From assembly GCA_942493105.1 (NCBI GenBank), contig OW818668.1, positions 1,770,001 to 1,802,000 on the forward strand: a stretch of 32,000 bases of DNA, written 5' to 3'. The DNA comes from an uncultured Erysipelotrichaceae bacterium. GTDB taxonomy: Bacteria; Bacillota_I; Bacilli_A; Erysipelotrichales; Erysipelotrichaceae. The notes beneath the pieces are model-generated. The model was not told the origin of the DNA. It worked only from the letters and a program-made list of their open reading frames with translations, and ran no database searches. Of this stretch, positions 7,858-17,304 are shown piece after piece. The translations under genes were made by a program, and so were the position numbers. Each line of letters opens with the position of its first letter. Positions within the stretch are counted from its first letter, which is position 1.

Positions 7858-9669
7858 TTAGTAAGTAATGGTAGCAACTTTTTCGAAGGTTGTACGATCA
7901 ATGACCGTGATCCCCACGTTGCTTAACAGATACAAATTGTTGCCGACGAAGACACTGCGGCTGATCCATGTATTCTGGTCATAAGTGCTCGAGATTGAAA
8001 TGGTTTTTACCAATTTCACATCGGTTTCTGTGATCTGCAAGACTTTTATGCCTGATTCATATTTGTAATCACAAATGGTATCGCCTTTTTCACCAGTTGT
8101 ACATACGGTCGAATCATAATGATAATCTCCGAAAGGTATGTAAACTAATCCATTGGCATTATCCAAAACGATTGCTTTATGATTGTATTGAGCTTCACTG
8201 TATCCAGATGGACCCAAGATTCTCAAACTTGTTACTTCAATTGGTTTTGAAGGATTGGCAACATTGAATAAACTGATTTTGACGCCGAATCGTTCAACAC
8301 TGTTCCATGTCTGTCCATCTTTGGTTATTGGTGTTACTTTCAAATCTTCAGCAATGCCCCAAATAACGGTTTCTGACACAGGATGCAAATACGTTGAGAA
8401 TCCAGGCACTTTCAATTCGCCTTTAACTGAGATGTTTGTTGCATCACTAAGATCGATCACAAACAAGGGGTCAATCTGTTCAAAGGTAACGACATAGCCT
8501 TTATCCTTGATGAAGCGAACGGAACGAATGGTTTCATTGACCGCGAGATCTTCAATACTATCAAGTTTATCCAAAGCCATATTTAAGGTAACGATACGGT
8601 TGGTTGAAACTTTATCCCAGTTGGTTAAGGCAACTCTTAATACATTGTCATAAATATCCAACGAGAACTGATTTAATAAATAACCTTTAACACTGCCTTC
8701 AGCTTTTAGATCTAAACTATTGACATCAAAGCGCAATAAATCTGTAAATGAAGAACTGATACCGGTTGTTTCATTGTATTCATAACGAGACTGGGCAATG
8801 ATCAAATCGGCTTCATTCATGTATACGGTCTGGATCCAACCTAAATAAGAAGATAAGGTCGGTTCTTTACTCAAGCCTAAGTCGATCTTTAAAATGTTGA
8901 CAAATGAATTGCCTTGATTATTAGGCAAAATATACGCATTACCTTTACTAATCGAGGAAACCACATGACCATCTCTCATATCGGTTACTGTAGGTTCAAC
9001 TAAGACTGGTTGATCTTTCGCATCATAAACCAAGGTTTCCCATTGATTGGCAATGACGATCAATTCTCCATCACTGATACGTGATGTAAAATAACCACCT
9101 TTGAGTTCATACGATTTAACGACTTTTAAATTTGTTAAGTCAACTACTTCAATGAAGGTATCTTGTGCACCCCAATATCCCCACCACATACTCTTGCTGG
9201 TCATCGCATCTGCACGAATACCACCGCCGCCATATGTGCCGGTCGATCCCATAATGATCAATTGGGTTTCAGACAAATACAATTCAGTCGCATAACGATA
9301 AACCTTCGCATCTTTAGCGGGTTCATAATCAAATGTTTTGATGACTTTGTTGGTTTCAACATCGATCACATATACTTTATTATTCAATATGTTGACGATG
9401 ATTTCACCGTTGGTCTTAACGGTATCCCCTTCATCTACCCCTTGAACTTGGGTATTGGTATTTGAATTGTTGTCGGCAGCTTCTGCGAAGATGCCTCCTT
9501 TCATATTTTGATACCAATTACGATTTGGTGAATTCTTAAGCAAAATAGCCTTCAATAAAGAAGGATTGGTAATTTGCGTTAGTTTTTCACTCCCATCAGG
9601 GACGTTTATTTTAACACCACAACCTGCAAGTATGACTAAACTTAGAAGCAGAGCCAGAATTTTCTTCAT
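7858..9669 (-). CDS. Lipoprotein with a beta-propeller domain (COG4880 / Beta_propel-type), function unknown
   Basis: The start is taken at ATG 9669 behind a strong RBS (AGGAGG). The signal peptide has a lipobox, MKKILALLLSLVILAGC. The body shows repeated beta-strand-rich blocks typical of the secreted beta-propeller family. Confidence 0.7.
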   Translation of the reverse strand: MKKILALLLSLVILAGCGVKINVPDGSEKLTQITNPSLLKAILLKNSPNRNWYQNMKGGIFAEAADNNSNTNTQVQGVDEGDTVKTNGEIIVNILNNKVYVIDVETNKVIKTFDYEPAKDAKVYRYATELYLSETQLIIMGSTGTYGGGGIRADAMTSKSMWWGYWGAQDTFIEVVDLTNLKVVKSYELKGGYFTSRISDGELIVIANQWETLVYDAKDQPVLVEPTVTDMRDGHVVSSISKGNAYILPNNQGNSFVNILKIDLGLSKEPTLSSYLGWIQTVYMNEADLIIAQSRYEYNETTGISSSFTDLLRFDVNSLDLKAEGSVKGYLLNQFSLDIYDNVLRVALTNWDKVSTNRIVTLNMALDKLDSIEDLAVNETIRSVRFIKDKGYVVTFEQIDPLFVIDLSDATNISVKGELKVPGFSTYLHPVSETVIWGIAEDLKVTPITKDGQTWNSVERFGVKISLFNVANPSKPIEVTSLRILGPSGYSEAQYNHKAIVLDNANGLVYIPFGDYHYDSTVCTTGEKGDTICDYKYESGIKVLQITETDVKLVKTISISSTYDQNTWISRSVFVGNNLYLLSNVGITVIDRTTFEKVATITY

Positions 9670-9725
9670 GTGGACTCCTCCTATCACATCATTTATATCA
9701 TCTTGAATGTTAAGTTAAGATTAAC

Positions 9726-10931
9726 TTATTGAAAACTATTAAAAATTGCTGATGCCAAAGCCTCTAATGCAGGCTCATTATCATCTTTAAGTGTAGATTT
9801 GATGATCAGTGGCTCACCGATCATACTTATGTTTTTTAACTTACCTAGATAGTTTGTGACAGTCTCTTGAGATTTGCCGCCCCAACTGCTGTTAAAGATC
9901 AATGAAATCTTACGATTTTGAACATTGAGGGCTGCCATTTCATGAAGCAAGGCATGATTCTTATAGAAGACATCTGCATTATAAGTAGGCGTCGCAATAA
10001 CGATATTGGAATATTTCCAAATTTCAGCAATGATAAACGATAAATCATATTGGGAGACATCCATGATCTTCATATTTTTGATTCCAAATCGAGCTAATTT
10101 ATTCGCCAATACATCCACAACCATTTCAGTATTGTTGTACATGGAACCATAGATCAACAAGACACTTTGTACTTCAGGCTGATACGTGCTCCATTGTTCA
10201 TATTTTTGAATGATGAGGGCCAATTCTGCACCACGATATAATGGACCATGTAAAGGACAAATCATGTTGATTTCTAAAGCATTGAACTTTGTCAAGATCG
10301 ATTGAACTGGACCACCAAATTTCCCAATGATGTTGGAATAATAGCGACGAGACTCATCTAAATAATCCAAGGCAAAATCACATTCATCTGCAAAAATCCC
10401 TCCGTTTAATCCTCCAAAGGTTCCAAAAGCATCTGCAGAAAACAGAATTTTCTCAGTTTTTTCATAAGTAAACATAACTTCTGGCCAATGCACCATGGGT
10501 GCTGTATAAAATTTGAGGGTATGTTGACCCAAAGACAATTCATCTTGATCTTTGATGACCATATAATTGGCTTTAGCATCTAGTGGGTAAAATTGTTCAA
10601 AGAATTGGAAAGTTTTCGCATTACCTACCAGTTTAACATTTGGATAGTGTCTTAACATCGCAACGATGTTACCGCAATGATCAGGTTCCATATGATTGAT
10701 GATCAAATAATCCAGCGTTCGACCATTTAAGGCATGCTGTACATTACTTAAAAATAAGTCGCTGATCGAAATGTCAACCGTATCCAATAAAACCGTTTTA
10801 TCATCAACGATCACATAAGCATTATAGGCAATCCCATTATTGAGCGGAAACATATTTTCGAATCGGGATAAGCGGCGATCATTGCCTCCTACCCAAAAGA
10901 TATCATGTGTTATTTCATGTGTGTTATGCAT
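9726..10931 (-). CDS. fprA: Flavodiiron protein (rubredoxin:O2/NO oxidoreductase, FprA-type)
   Basis: 401 aa. The N-terminal metallo-beta-lactamase-like domain has the di-iron motif HMEPDHCG. The C-terminal flavodoxin-like domain reads LLIYGSMYNNTE. Confidence 0.88.
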   Translation of the reverse strand: MHNTHEITHDIFWVGGNDRRLSRFENMFPLNNGIAYNAYVIVDDKTVLLDTVDISISDLFLSNVQHALNGRTLDYLIINHMEPDHCGNIVAMLRHYPNVKLVGNAKTFQFFEQFYPLDAKANYMVIKDQDELSLGQHTLKFYTAPMVHWPEVMFTYEKTEKILFSADAFGTFGGLNGGIFADECDFALDYLDESRRYYSNIIGKFGGPVQSILTKFNALEINMICPLHGPLYRGAELALIIQKYEQWSTYQPEVQSVLLIYGSMYNNTEMVVDVLANKLARFGIKNMKIMDVSQYDLSFIIAEIWKYSNIVIATPTYNADVFYKNHALLHEMAALNVQNRKISLIFNSSWGGKSQETVTNYLGKLKNISMIGEPLIIKSTLKDDNEPALEALASAIFNSFQ

Positions 10932-11032
10932 AAGTTGATCCTCTTTGTCGTTGAATATTATACTCCATATGCACCAAATAAAGCCAGTATTTGCCCTTTA
11001 TGATCAAACATTATAAAAAATAATGATCTTGT

Positions 11033-11061
11033 TTGACAGAGTTCATTTCTAAACATAGAAT
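11033..11061 (+). promoter_or_regulatory. Sigma-70-type promoter: TTGACA, 17 nt, TAGAAT
   Basis: -35 box at 11033-11038, -10 box at 11056-11061, RBS AAAGGAGA at 11078-11085 and ATG at 11090. Confidence 0.55.
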
Positions 11062-11089
11062 GAACTTAAAGACCACTAAAAGGAGAATT

Positions 11090-11413
11090 ATGAAAGAAAT
11101 CACTGGTTTTGATGCATCCGATATTGAAAAGAATAAAGTGATCGCTGCTTTAGCATATCTTATCTTCTTTTTACCTTTATTGGCTGCTCCCGATTCAAAG
11201 TTTGGGAAGTTTCATGCCAACCAAGGATTCTGGATTTTTATTATCGACATCATCGTTTTCTATTTCATTGGTTATCTACCATTTATCGGGGGTTTGCTTA
11301 ACAGCGTTTTAAGTTTAGTCCTGTTCTTGCTTCTTATTTACTTAGCATACAATGCATATTCAGGTAAAGCATTAGAACTACCTGTTGTAGGAAACATCGT
11401 TATCTTTAAGTAA
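11090..11413 (+). CDS. DUF4870-family small membrane protein
   Basis: The start is at ATG 11090 behind AAAGGAGA. KNKVIAALAYLIFFLPLLAAPDSKFGKFHANQG is the family signature. It has 2-3 TM helices. Confidence 0.7.
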   Translation: MKEITGFDASDIEKNKVIAALAYLIFFLPLLAAPDSKFGKFHANQGFWIFIIDIIVFYFIGYLPFIGGLLNSVLSLVLFLLLIYLAYNAYSGKALELPVVGNIVIFK

Positions 11414-11451
11414 AGGCGCTTAAGTACTGACTCTCAAAAAGTGGACAGTAT

Positions 11452-11495
11452 AAAAAACAACCTCGTTATGCTGAAATGTATAAGGAGGTTTTTTT
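11452..11495. terminator. Bidirectional intrinsic terminator between convergent genes
   Basis: AAAAAAC-AACCTCGTTAT-(10-nt loop)-ATAAGGAGGTT-TTTTT. An A-run and a T-run flank a stem of about 10 bp with one mismatch. Confidence 0.55.
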
Positions 11496-11507
11496 ATTTC
11501 ATTTATT

Positions 11508-12221
11508 TTAAGCTAATAACGGTAATGCTTGGACAAACATCAGGAAATCTGCATAAGATCCTTTAAAATCTGCTTTAAGTTCTTTATCTTGACGATGAAT
11601 CAAATGAGTCGTAATCAGATAAGTTGAAATCCCTGCATATTTAGCTGCCATGTCTTCTTGAGCATCATTGCCGACCATTAGGCATTCAGAGGCATCCTTT
11701 TGGATGTCTTTTAAGATTTCCTCAAAGAACTGAACTTGAGGTTTACAATAATGGTTATCCTCAAAGGATGTGACATAAGAGAAATCTTGGCGATCTAAGC
11801 CTGTCCAATTGATCCGTTTTTCAATGGCAAGTCTTGGAAACATAGGATTCGTCGCAATCACCAAGGTATACCCTTTTTCTTTTAAAAGACGCACAGCTTC
11901 TTTGATTTCAGTACTTTCTATGACAGCAGCCTTAATCAAATCAAAATCAGTCTGATAAAACAACTCAAAGCGACGTTGCATCTCAGTCAGCTTTTCATTG
12001 ACGACTGATCCTAAAGCTTCCATAAACACAACTTCATTGGTTCGATGAGTGGTATCTTTGACCATCGCGATCGTCGCATCCCAAATCAACTTTATGAAAG
12101 CTTCAGGAGGATACATATCCGTAAAGCGACTGGATAAACCACCAAAATAAATCTTCTCAAAGGCTTTGGCATCTATTGGTAATAAGGTCCCATCTAAATC
12201 AAAAAGAATCGTGTTTATCAT
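11508..12221 (-). CDS. HAD-superfamily hydrolase (subfamily IA-like)
   Basis: Motif I is ILFDLDGTLL. It also has VIATNP and a late GNDAQED. The RBS is AAGGAG, and the gene starts 2 nt after the speE stop. Confidence 0.8.
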   Translation of the reverse strand: MINTILFDLDGTLLPIDAKAFEKIYFGGLSSRFTDMYPPEAFIKLIWDATIAMVKDTTHRTNEVVFMEALGSVVNEKLTEMQRRFELFYQTDFDLIKAAVIESTEIKEAVRLLKEKGYTLVIATNPMFPRLAIEKRINWTGLDRQDFSYVTSFEDNHYCKPQVQFFEEILKDIQKDASECLMVGNDAQEDMAAKYAGISTYLITTHLIHRQDKELKADFKGSYADFLMFVQALPLLA

Positions 12222-12223
12222 AG

Positions 12224-13072
12224 TTACTCCTTATTTAATAAATCGATGACATAATTAGGCAAGGCAAAAGATCCTATATGCAAAGCAGGATTATAATATT
12301 TCGTTTGTAGATTCAAACGATTCCATTGCTTAAAATCAACATCTTTGATGGGATCATATTTCTTGCTGGCAAAGCCAAATAACCAGTGTCCTGATGCGTA
12401 AGTTGGGATGAAGGCCTGATAGACCTTGGCGATTGGAAAGGCTTCCTTGATGCGTTTATGAGCTCTTTGCATGTTTTTTTGATAATGATCATAAAATGGA
12501 GACTCATGTTGATTGACGAGTATTCCGTCTTCTTTTAATGCACTGAAACAATCTTTATAAAAGCTTTGTGTAAAAAGACCCTCACCGACACTAAAAGGAT
12601 CTGTTGAATCAACGATGATCAAATCATATTCATTCTTTTTACTCGCCACAAATGCCAAACCATCCATAAAATAGAGATGAACCCGTGGATCACTTAATCC
12701 ACTGGTCGAATTTGGAAAATACTTTTTACATACAGTCACGACTTCTTCATCAATTTCAACCATATCGATATGATTAACATAAGGATAGCGGCATAATTCG
12801 CGAACAGTACCGCCATCTCCTGCCCCTATGACCAATATGCGCTGTGCTTTGGGATGTACAGCCATTGGGACATGAACGATCATATCGTGATAGATGAATT
12901 CATCTTTTTCAGTGATCATCACATAGTCATCCAGTGTAAAGAATCTGCCTAACTCTTCATTCTCAAAAACTTCTAGTTTTTGAAATTGGGTTTGGGTAGA
13001 AAATAAGGTCTTACTGACTTTGATTGAGAAATTGATCGTTTCAGAATGCTTTTCTGTGAACCATTTTTCCAT
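12224..13072 (-). CDS. speE: Spermidine synthase (polyamine aminopropyltransferase)
   Basis: 282 aa with VLVIGAGDGGTVRE, MVEIDEEVV and IIVDSTDP. Confidence 0.9.
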   Translation of the reverse strand: MEKWFTEKHSETINFSIKVSKTLFSTQTQFQKLEVFENEELGRFFTLDDYVMITEKDEFIYHDMIVHVPMAVHPKAQRILVIGAGDGGTVRELCRYPYVNHIDMVEIDEEVVTVCKKYFPNSTSGLSDPRVHLYFMDGLAFVASKKNEYDLIIVDSTDPFSVGEGLFTQSFYKDCFSALKEDGILVNQHESPFYDHYQKNMQRAHKRIKEAFPIAKVYQAFIPTYASGHWLFGFASKKYDPIKDVDFKQWNRLNLQTKYYNPALHIGSFALPNYVIDLLNKE

Positions 13073-13080
13073 GGATCTCC

Positions 13081-13902
13081 TTACGCTTCATCATTCAAAT
13101 GATAAATGTTGGTTCCGTTAAAGATCTCGGTCATTTCTTCCTTGATGTTGAGTTTGATGACTTTCTTTTGACTTTCAGAGAGTTCATCGGGATTCTTTTT
13201 AAACATATAATTATTCAAATCCATCTCTTTGAGCATCATCTTGGTATGAAAGATATTGCTTTGAAAGACATTCACATCCACAGCCTCATATTTGCGTAAT
13301 GTTTCAGCAGCGATAAAATTCTGAATCGAACTGATCTCATGATCGATGAAGAATTTTTTGCCTTCCATTGAACGGGTAAAGCCTCTAACTCGATAATCGA
13401 TCGTTATGATGTCTGAATCAAAACTACCGATCAAATAATCCAGTGCTTTCAGTGGTGAGATCTTACCACAAGTCGAGACATCAATATCCACTCTAAAGGT
13501 TGAAATTTGATTGTCTGGATGATATTCAGGATAGGTATGAACCGTCACATGACTCTTATCCAAATGCGCAACGACCGTTTCAGGTCTGATGATCTCATCG
13601 ATCACCGCAACATTACATGACTTATCTATAAGATGATCCATCACTGGTTCTTCACTGATCAAGACGGTCACACTGGCACCTTGCGGATCATAATCTTGTT
13701 TGGCAATATTGAGGATACTGGCACCTATGATGTTGGTGACATCTGCCAGGATTTTTGTTAATCGTGTTGAATTGTACTGTTCATCAATGTAAGTCAAATA
13801 ATCTTTTCTCTCTTGGCGCGTCGCTGCATAACAGATATCGTAGATATTGAAACTCAAGGTCTTGGTTAGGTTATTGAACCCATATAATGCAATTTTTTTC
13901 AT
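13081..13902 (-). CDS. speD: S-adenosylmethionine decarboxylase proenzyme, long enterobacterial (E. coli SpeD-like) type
   Basis: 273 aa. The N-terminus [26 protein letters not shown] and the self-processing region [17 protein letters not shown] (Ser117 precursor of the pyruvoyl group) match my recollection of E. coli SpeD. Confidence 0.88.
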   Translation of the reverse strand: MKKIALYGFNNLTKTLSFNIYDICYAATRQERKDYLTYIDEQYNSTRLTKILADVTNIIGASILNIAKQDYDPQGASVTVLISEEPVMDHLIDKSCNVAVIDEIIRPETVVAHLDKSHVTVHTYPEYHPDNQISTFRVDIDVSTCGKISPLKALDYLIGSFDSDIITIDYRVRGFTRSMEGKKFFIDHEISSIQNFIAAETLRKYEAVDVNVFQSNIFHTKMMLKEMDLNNYMFKKNPDELSESQKKVIKLNIKEEMTEIFNGTNIYHLNDEA

Positions 13903-13944
13903 GATACTCCTTTGGACATTCTGTCGGCTTTAGGTTTAATAGGT

Positions 13945-16269
13945 CTATAAATCAATCAATGCTTTGACCATTGCGATCAGTTGCTTTTCCTTCTTATACG
14001 TCACCATGAGTCTATCTAAATGATCTTGATCGAATGCATTGAGAAGATCGACTTTGGTTTGAACACTTGATGAGGCATTGGCTAAAGCTATTTTAAGGTG
14101 ATTTCTTTTGATTTCTTTTTGAGAAATGGCTTCAATGGATGTGAATTTCAAACTGACATTGGCTGTGATATCCATCCCTGTTAGTTGAATGATCGTTGAT
14201 GTTTCTGTTCTTGTGGATTTAAAATCACCTGTAACGTCATATCCAACCATCTCAATCTCATAAGTTCGCAGAAACGGCAAATAAGATTTGGCTTTCTTAT
14301 CGGTCTTTATGGATAATACCTTATCTTTATAACTAAATTCAGTACAGAATATCTCTTTCTTTTGATAATCCAATGTCTCATTATCATCTTCAATCAAGGT
14401 GTATTCACACGGTTCACCAGGATAAACTTTCAACATCAAGGTTGAAGGATTGCTTGAAGGATCTAGGCTGTCTTCCCACTTCGATAGCGGCAATATCGAG
14501 CCTTGACGTACATAAACCGGAATTGACTCAATATCACTGTATACCTCGATCCAACGTCCTCCTGTGACTTCTAAACCCGTATAAAAATCAATCCAGATCC
14601 CACTTGGTAAATAAACCTTGGTCAATGATCGATTCAAGGCTTTGATCATTGGGGAAACAACAGGTGAAACCAGTAATTGACGTCCAAAAAAATACGTATT
14701 CCTTGCTTTATAAGCTTGCGGATCTTTAGGAAATTCATAATACAGCGGTGTTATGAAAGGAACGCCCTTGATACTGTTTTGATGCAGACCAGCATACAGA
14801 TAAGGAATCAGTGCAGTTCTTAAGCGCATCGCTTTAGCAATCGCATTTTGATATGGCTGAACCAAGTACCAAGGTTCTCGGATACACATCTCATTTTTAG
14901 TTGAATGTAACCTTAGGATTGGACTAAAACATCCAAATTGAACCCAACGAGTCAAAAGTTCGGGTTCTTCTTGGCCTTTATAATGGCCCCCAATATCATG
15001 ACTCCACCAGCTAAAGTTTACATTTGCTGCAGTGGCTGTGAAATAAGGTTGAAAAGAAAGACTTTCCCAAGTCGAAACAGTATCTCCAGAAAATCCAATC
15101 GGATAACGATGGCCTCCATATTGGGTCCAACGCGAAAAAGTAAATGAACGTTTCTTATGGTCTCTGGATCGATCAATCGAATGCAAATGATTCAGCATCC
15201 ATAACGGATCAACGCCCTGAATTGAAGTTCGATTGCCTTGTTGCCAATCGATCCACCAAAAATCAACCCCTTTTTCTTCAAAAGGATGCAGTAAAAGATT
15301 AAAATATCCTTCTGCAAATTTAGGATCTTCTATCTTAAAAGGAATGGTGGTTTTTAGTTCTGGATTGATCCCCATCCATTCACAAAACGCATTGTATTGC
15401 ATTTCATGAGGTCGTATCCCTTGTGCAGGATGAAGATTGACTGAAGTCTTGATGTTTCGTGAATGAAGTGCTTTAATGAATCCTTCAAAATCAGGAAAAT
15501 AACGAGGATCAGGAGTATATCCTGTCCATCCATAGCGATAATCATGCCCTGGTATTTCTGTCAAATGCCAATCCATATCGATGATACAGACCGAAAGCGG
15601 AATATTCATAGCACTAAAATGATCGACAGTCTCTAAAAGTTGCTGATCTGTATAATTCCAATATTTGCTCCACCAATTCCCTAAAACATAACGCGGAAAT
15701 TTTGGAACTGAGCCCATGAATTTAGCCATCTCCGCATGCACTTCTTTAAAGTCATCTCTAGATGCGATAAAGATGATGTCGATATTTTTATTCTGACGAC
15801 GTTTGATGGATCCATCTGGATTGAATAACGGTGTTACAGAATCATCGATGACGACATATCCATCTTCAGAAAAATACCCATCATTCAGTTTCAATTCCCC
15901 ATTGACCGCATCCAAAGTTCGAGCTGTCCCCATTAGATTATGTGCAGTTTTTTGCCCAAATAAATAAGGTTTTGAAAACCCTTTTACGACAACCTTCAGA
16001 TTGCCCTTTGGATCAAGCAAAGGATTAAAACTTAGGATAAAAATCTCATTCTCAATGATGAGTTTATCCTTGGTCAAGGTCTTTGAGAAAGCGACCCGCT
16101 CTGTATAACGATTTATGACATTGAGACTGGGCTCATCAATAAAAAGACGCTCAGATGAAATCTCAAGTCTGAAACAGTGTCTTGTCAGTAAAGTCAGCCG
16201 ATATTGACCGCTTTGAATCATATTTTCATGATTCATCTTGAAGTTACATTCAGGATGGATTTGGTTCAT
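13945..16269 (-). CDS. Glycoside hydrolase family 31 (alpha-glucosidase/alpha-xylosidase-like)
   Basis: 774 aa. The catalytic-region motifs are GVDFWWIDWQQGN and FSWWSHDIGGH. The RBS AAAGGAAAGG lies before ATG 16269. Confidence 0.85.
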   Translation of the reverse strand: MNQIHPECNFKMNHENMIQSGQYRLTLLTRHCFRLEISSERLFIDEPSLNVINRYTERVAFSKTLTKDKLIIENEIFILSFNPLLDPKGNLKVVVKGFSKPYLFGQKTAHNLMGTARTLDAVNGELKLNDGYFSEDGYVVIDDSVTPLFNPDGSIKRRQNKNIDIIFIASRDDFKEVHAEMAKFMGSVPKFPRYVLGNWWSKYWNYTDQQLLETVDHFSAMNIPLSVCIIDMDWHLTEIPGHDYRYGWTGYTPDPRYFPDFEGFIKALHSRNIKTSVNLHPAQGIRPHEMQYNAFCEWMGINPELKTTIPFKIEDPKFAEGYFNLLLHPFEEKGVDFWWIDWQQGNRTSIQGVDPLWMLNHLHSIDRSRDHKKRSFTFSRWTQYGGHRYPIGFSGDTVSTWESLSFQPYFTATAANVNFSWWSHDIGGHYKGQEEPELLTRWVQFGCFSPILRLHSTKNEMCIREPWYLVQPYQNAIAKAMRLRTALIPYLYAGLHQNSIKGVPFITPLYYEFPKDPQAYKARNTYFFGRQLLVSPVVSPMIKALNRSLTKVYLPSGIWIDFYTGLEVTGGRWIEVYSDIESIPVYVRQGSILPLSKWEDSLDPSSNPSTLMLKVYPGEPCEYTLIEDDNETLDYQKKEIFCTEFSYKDKVLSIKTDKKAKSYLPFLRTYEIEMVGYDVTGDFKSTRTETSTIIQLTGMDITANVSLKFTSIEAISQKEIKRNHLKIALANASSSVQTKVDLLNAFDQDHLDRLMVTYKKEKQLIAMVKALIDL

Positions 16270-16332
16270 CGTTGACCTTTCCTTTAGAAGAGTTTAAATA
16301 ACCTCACTCTAAATGTACGACTCTATTTTAAC

Positions 16333-16353
16333 ACAAGCCAAAGATTGGCTTGT
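16333..16353. repeat. Perfect 21-bp palindrome ACAAGCCAA-AGA-TTGGCTTGT, a candidate operator or 5'-UTR hairpin of the GH31 operon
   Basis: 9-bp perfect arms with a 3-nt spacer. It lies 64-84 nt upstream of the GH31 start and downstream of the predicted -10 box. No flanking U-run is present, so it is not a terminator. Confidence 0.6.
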
Positions 16354-16375
16354 TAAATTGAGTTTTACGAGGCAA

Positions 16376-16384
16376 ATTATATCA
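16376..16384 (-). promoter_or_regulatory. Extended -10 promoter (TGaTATAAT) for GH31-speD-speE-HAD
   Basis: The reverse strand reads CATGATATAATTTGCC. This is a perfect TATAAT with an upstream TG. Confidence 0.5.
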
Positions 16385-16789
16385 TGGTTTTTCCTTTTGA
16401 TATTGACAAGCCTATACATAAAACCATCATTAGTTGATGTATCCATAGGCAATTGTATTTTTATAACCGCATCGATAAAAAGCTTAGATCTATTAAAGAA
16501 AATGACTCATACTATCAAAGAACTTTGTGCATTGAGAAAATAAACATAAAACACATGAGTTAAAACAAGTTGAGTTTTAATTGAAGGCACAATCTTTTGT
16601 TAACTATATTCTGAGATTGATTTCTTGATTGAAAAGGAAACATTCCCAAGATGGTTTGGACTTTCCAGTGAAACAAGATTCAACACAACCTTTATAATTA
16701 TTGCTTAAGTTATATTAAAGATTGATGATGACAATAATTCGCTTGATTTTCAAAATTCAAAAACCATGTTAAACTGTTTTTGAGGTAAC

Positions 16790-17260
16790 ATGCACATATA
16801 CGTTCTGTTTAAAAAGCATGGCTCATGGTCTAATGGCAGTTCTAAAACCATGATTGAGAAACTGTGCGACCTGATTGATTTTAAAGATGAGTTGGCTTTT
16901 GATCAAGGTAAACCGATCTTCATCAATTCCAATTATTTTTTGAGTGTTTCTCACAGTGCCAATCTGATGGTCATTGCGATTGCTGATCAAGAAATCGGAA
17001 TTGACTTAGAAAAAGATAGACTCATTGATAATGATGTGATCGAACGCTTGAATTTAGACCTCAATAACCCACTCATTGATTGGTGTAAAAGAGAAGCAAC
17101 CATTAAACTCTATAATGATGCCAAATACTTATATACTCCAGCGCCTTTAGAAACGCTTTATACAGATGAGAATATTTTTGATGGATTTACTTGTATGGTA
17201 GCATCAAAAACTAAAATCTCAAATTCAAAAATTTTTCATCTCGATGAACTGTCTTTATAA
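16790..17260 (+). CDS. 4'-phosphopantetheinyl transferase, compact Sfp-type
   Basis: 156 aa with SVSHSANLMVIAIADQEIGIDLEK (the G-x-D/E Mg site) and WCKREATIKL (the W/F-x-x-KE-x-x-K motif). The RBS GAGGT lies before the ATG. Confidence 0.75.
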   Translation: MHIYVLFKKHGSWSNGSSKTMIEKLCDLIDFKDELAFDQGKPIFINSNYFLSVSHSANLMVIAIADQEIGIDLEKDRLIDNDVIERLNLDLNNPLIDWCKREATIKLYNDAKYLYTPAPLETLYTDENIFDGFTCMVASKTKISNSKIFHLDELSL

Positions 17261-17304
17261 AAGCACTGATTAGAAACAACATGGTTCTAACTCAGTGCTT
17301 TTTT
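17259..17304. terminator. Bidirectional intrinsic terminator shared by the PPTase gene and plsC
   Basis: AAAAGCACTGA / TCAGTGCTTTT form an 11-bp outer stem. An inner TTAGAAAC/GTTCTAA extension continues it, and T- and A-runs flank it. The 3' arm overlaps the last plsC codons. Confidence 0.65.

Noticed and set aside
9712-9727. Palindrome AAGTTAA-GA-TTAACTT after the flavodiiron gene, considered as a terminator
   Set aside because: The stem is almost entirely A/T, the loop is only 2 nt and there is no U-run. It also overlaps the stop codon. It is too weak to call.
16313-16543. 76-aa plus-strand ORF in the long intergenic gap
   Set aside because: It has no SD and a low-complexity hydrophobic composition typical of AT-rich noise. 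It runs across the GH31 promoter and the palindrome, and I recognise no family motif.
16640-16772. Mini-ORFs in the gap (MVWTFQ at about 16651, and a 15-aa ORF at 16725-16772) considered as leader peptides
   Set aside because: Neither has a convincing SD or an attenuator structure, and the downstream PPTase gene gives no rationale for one.
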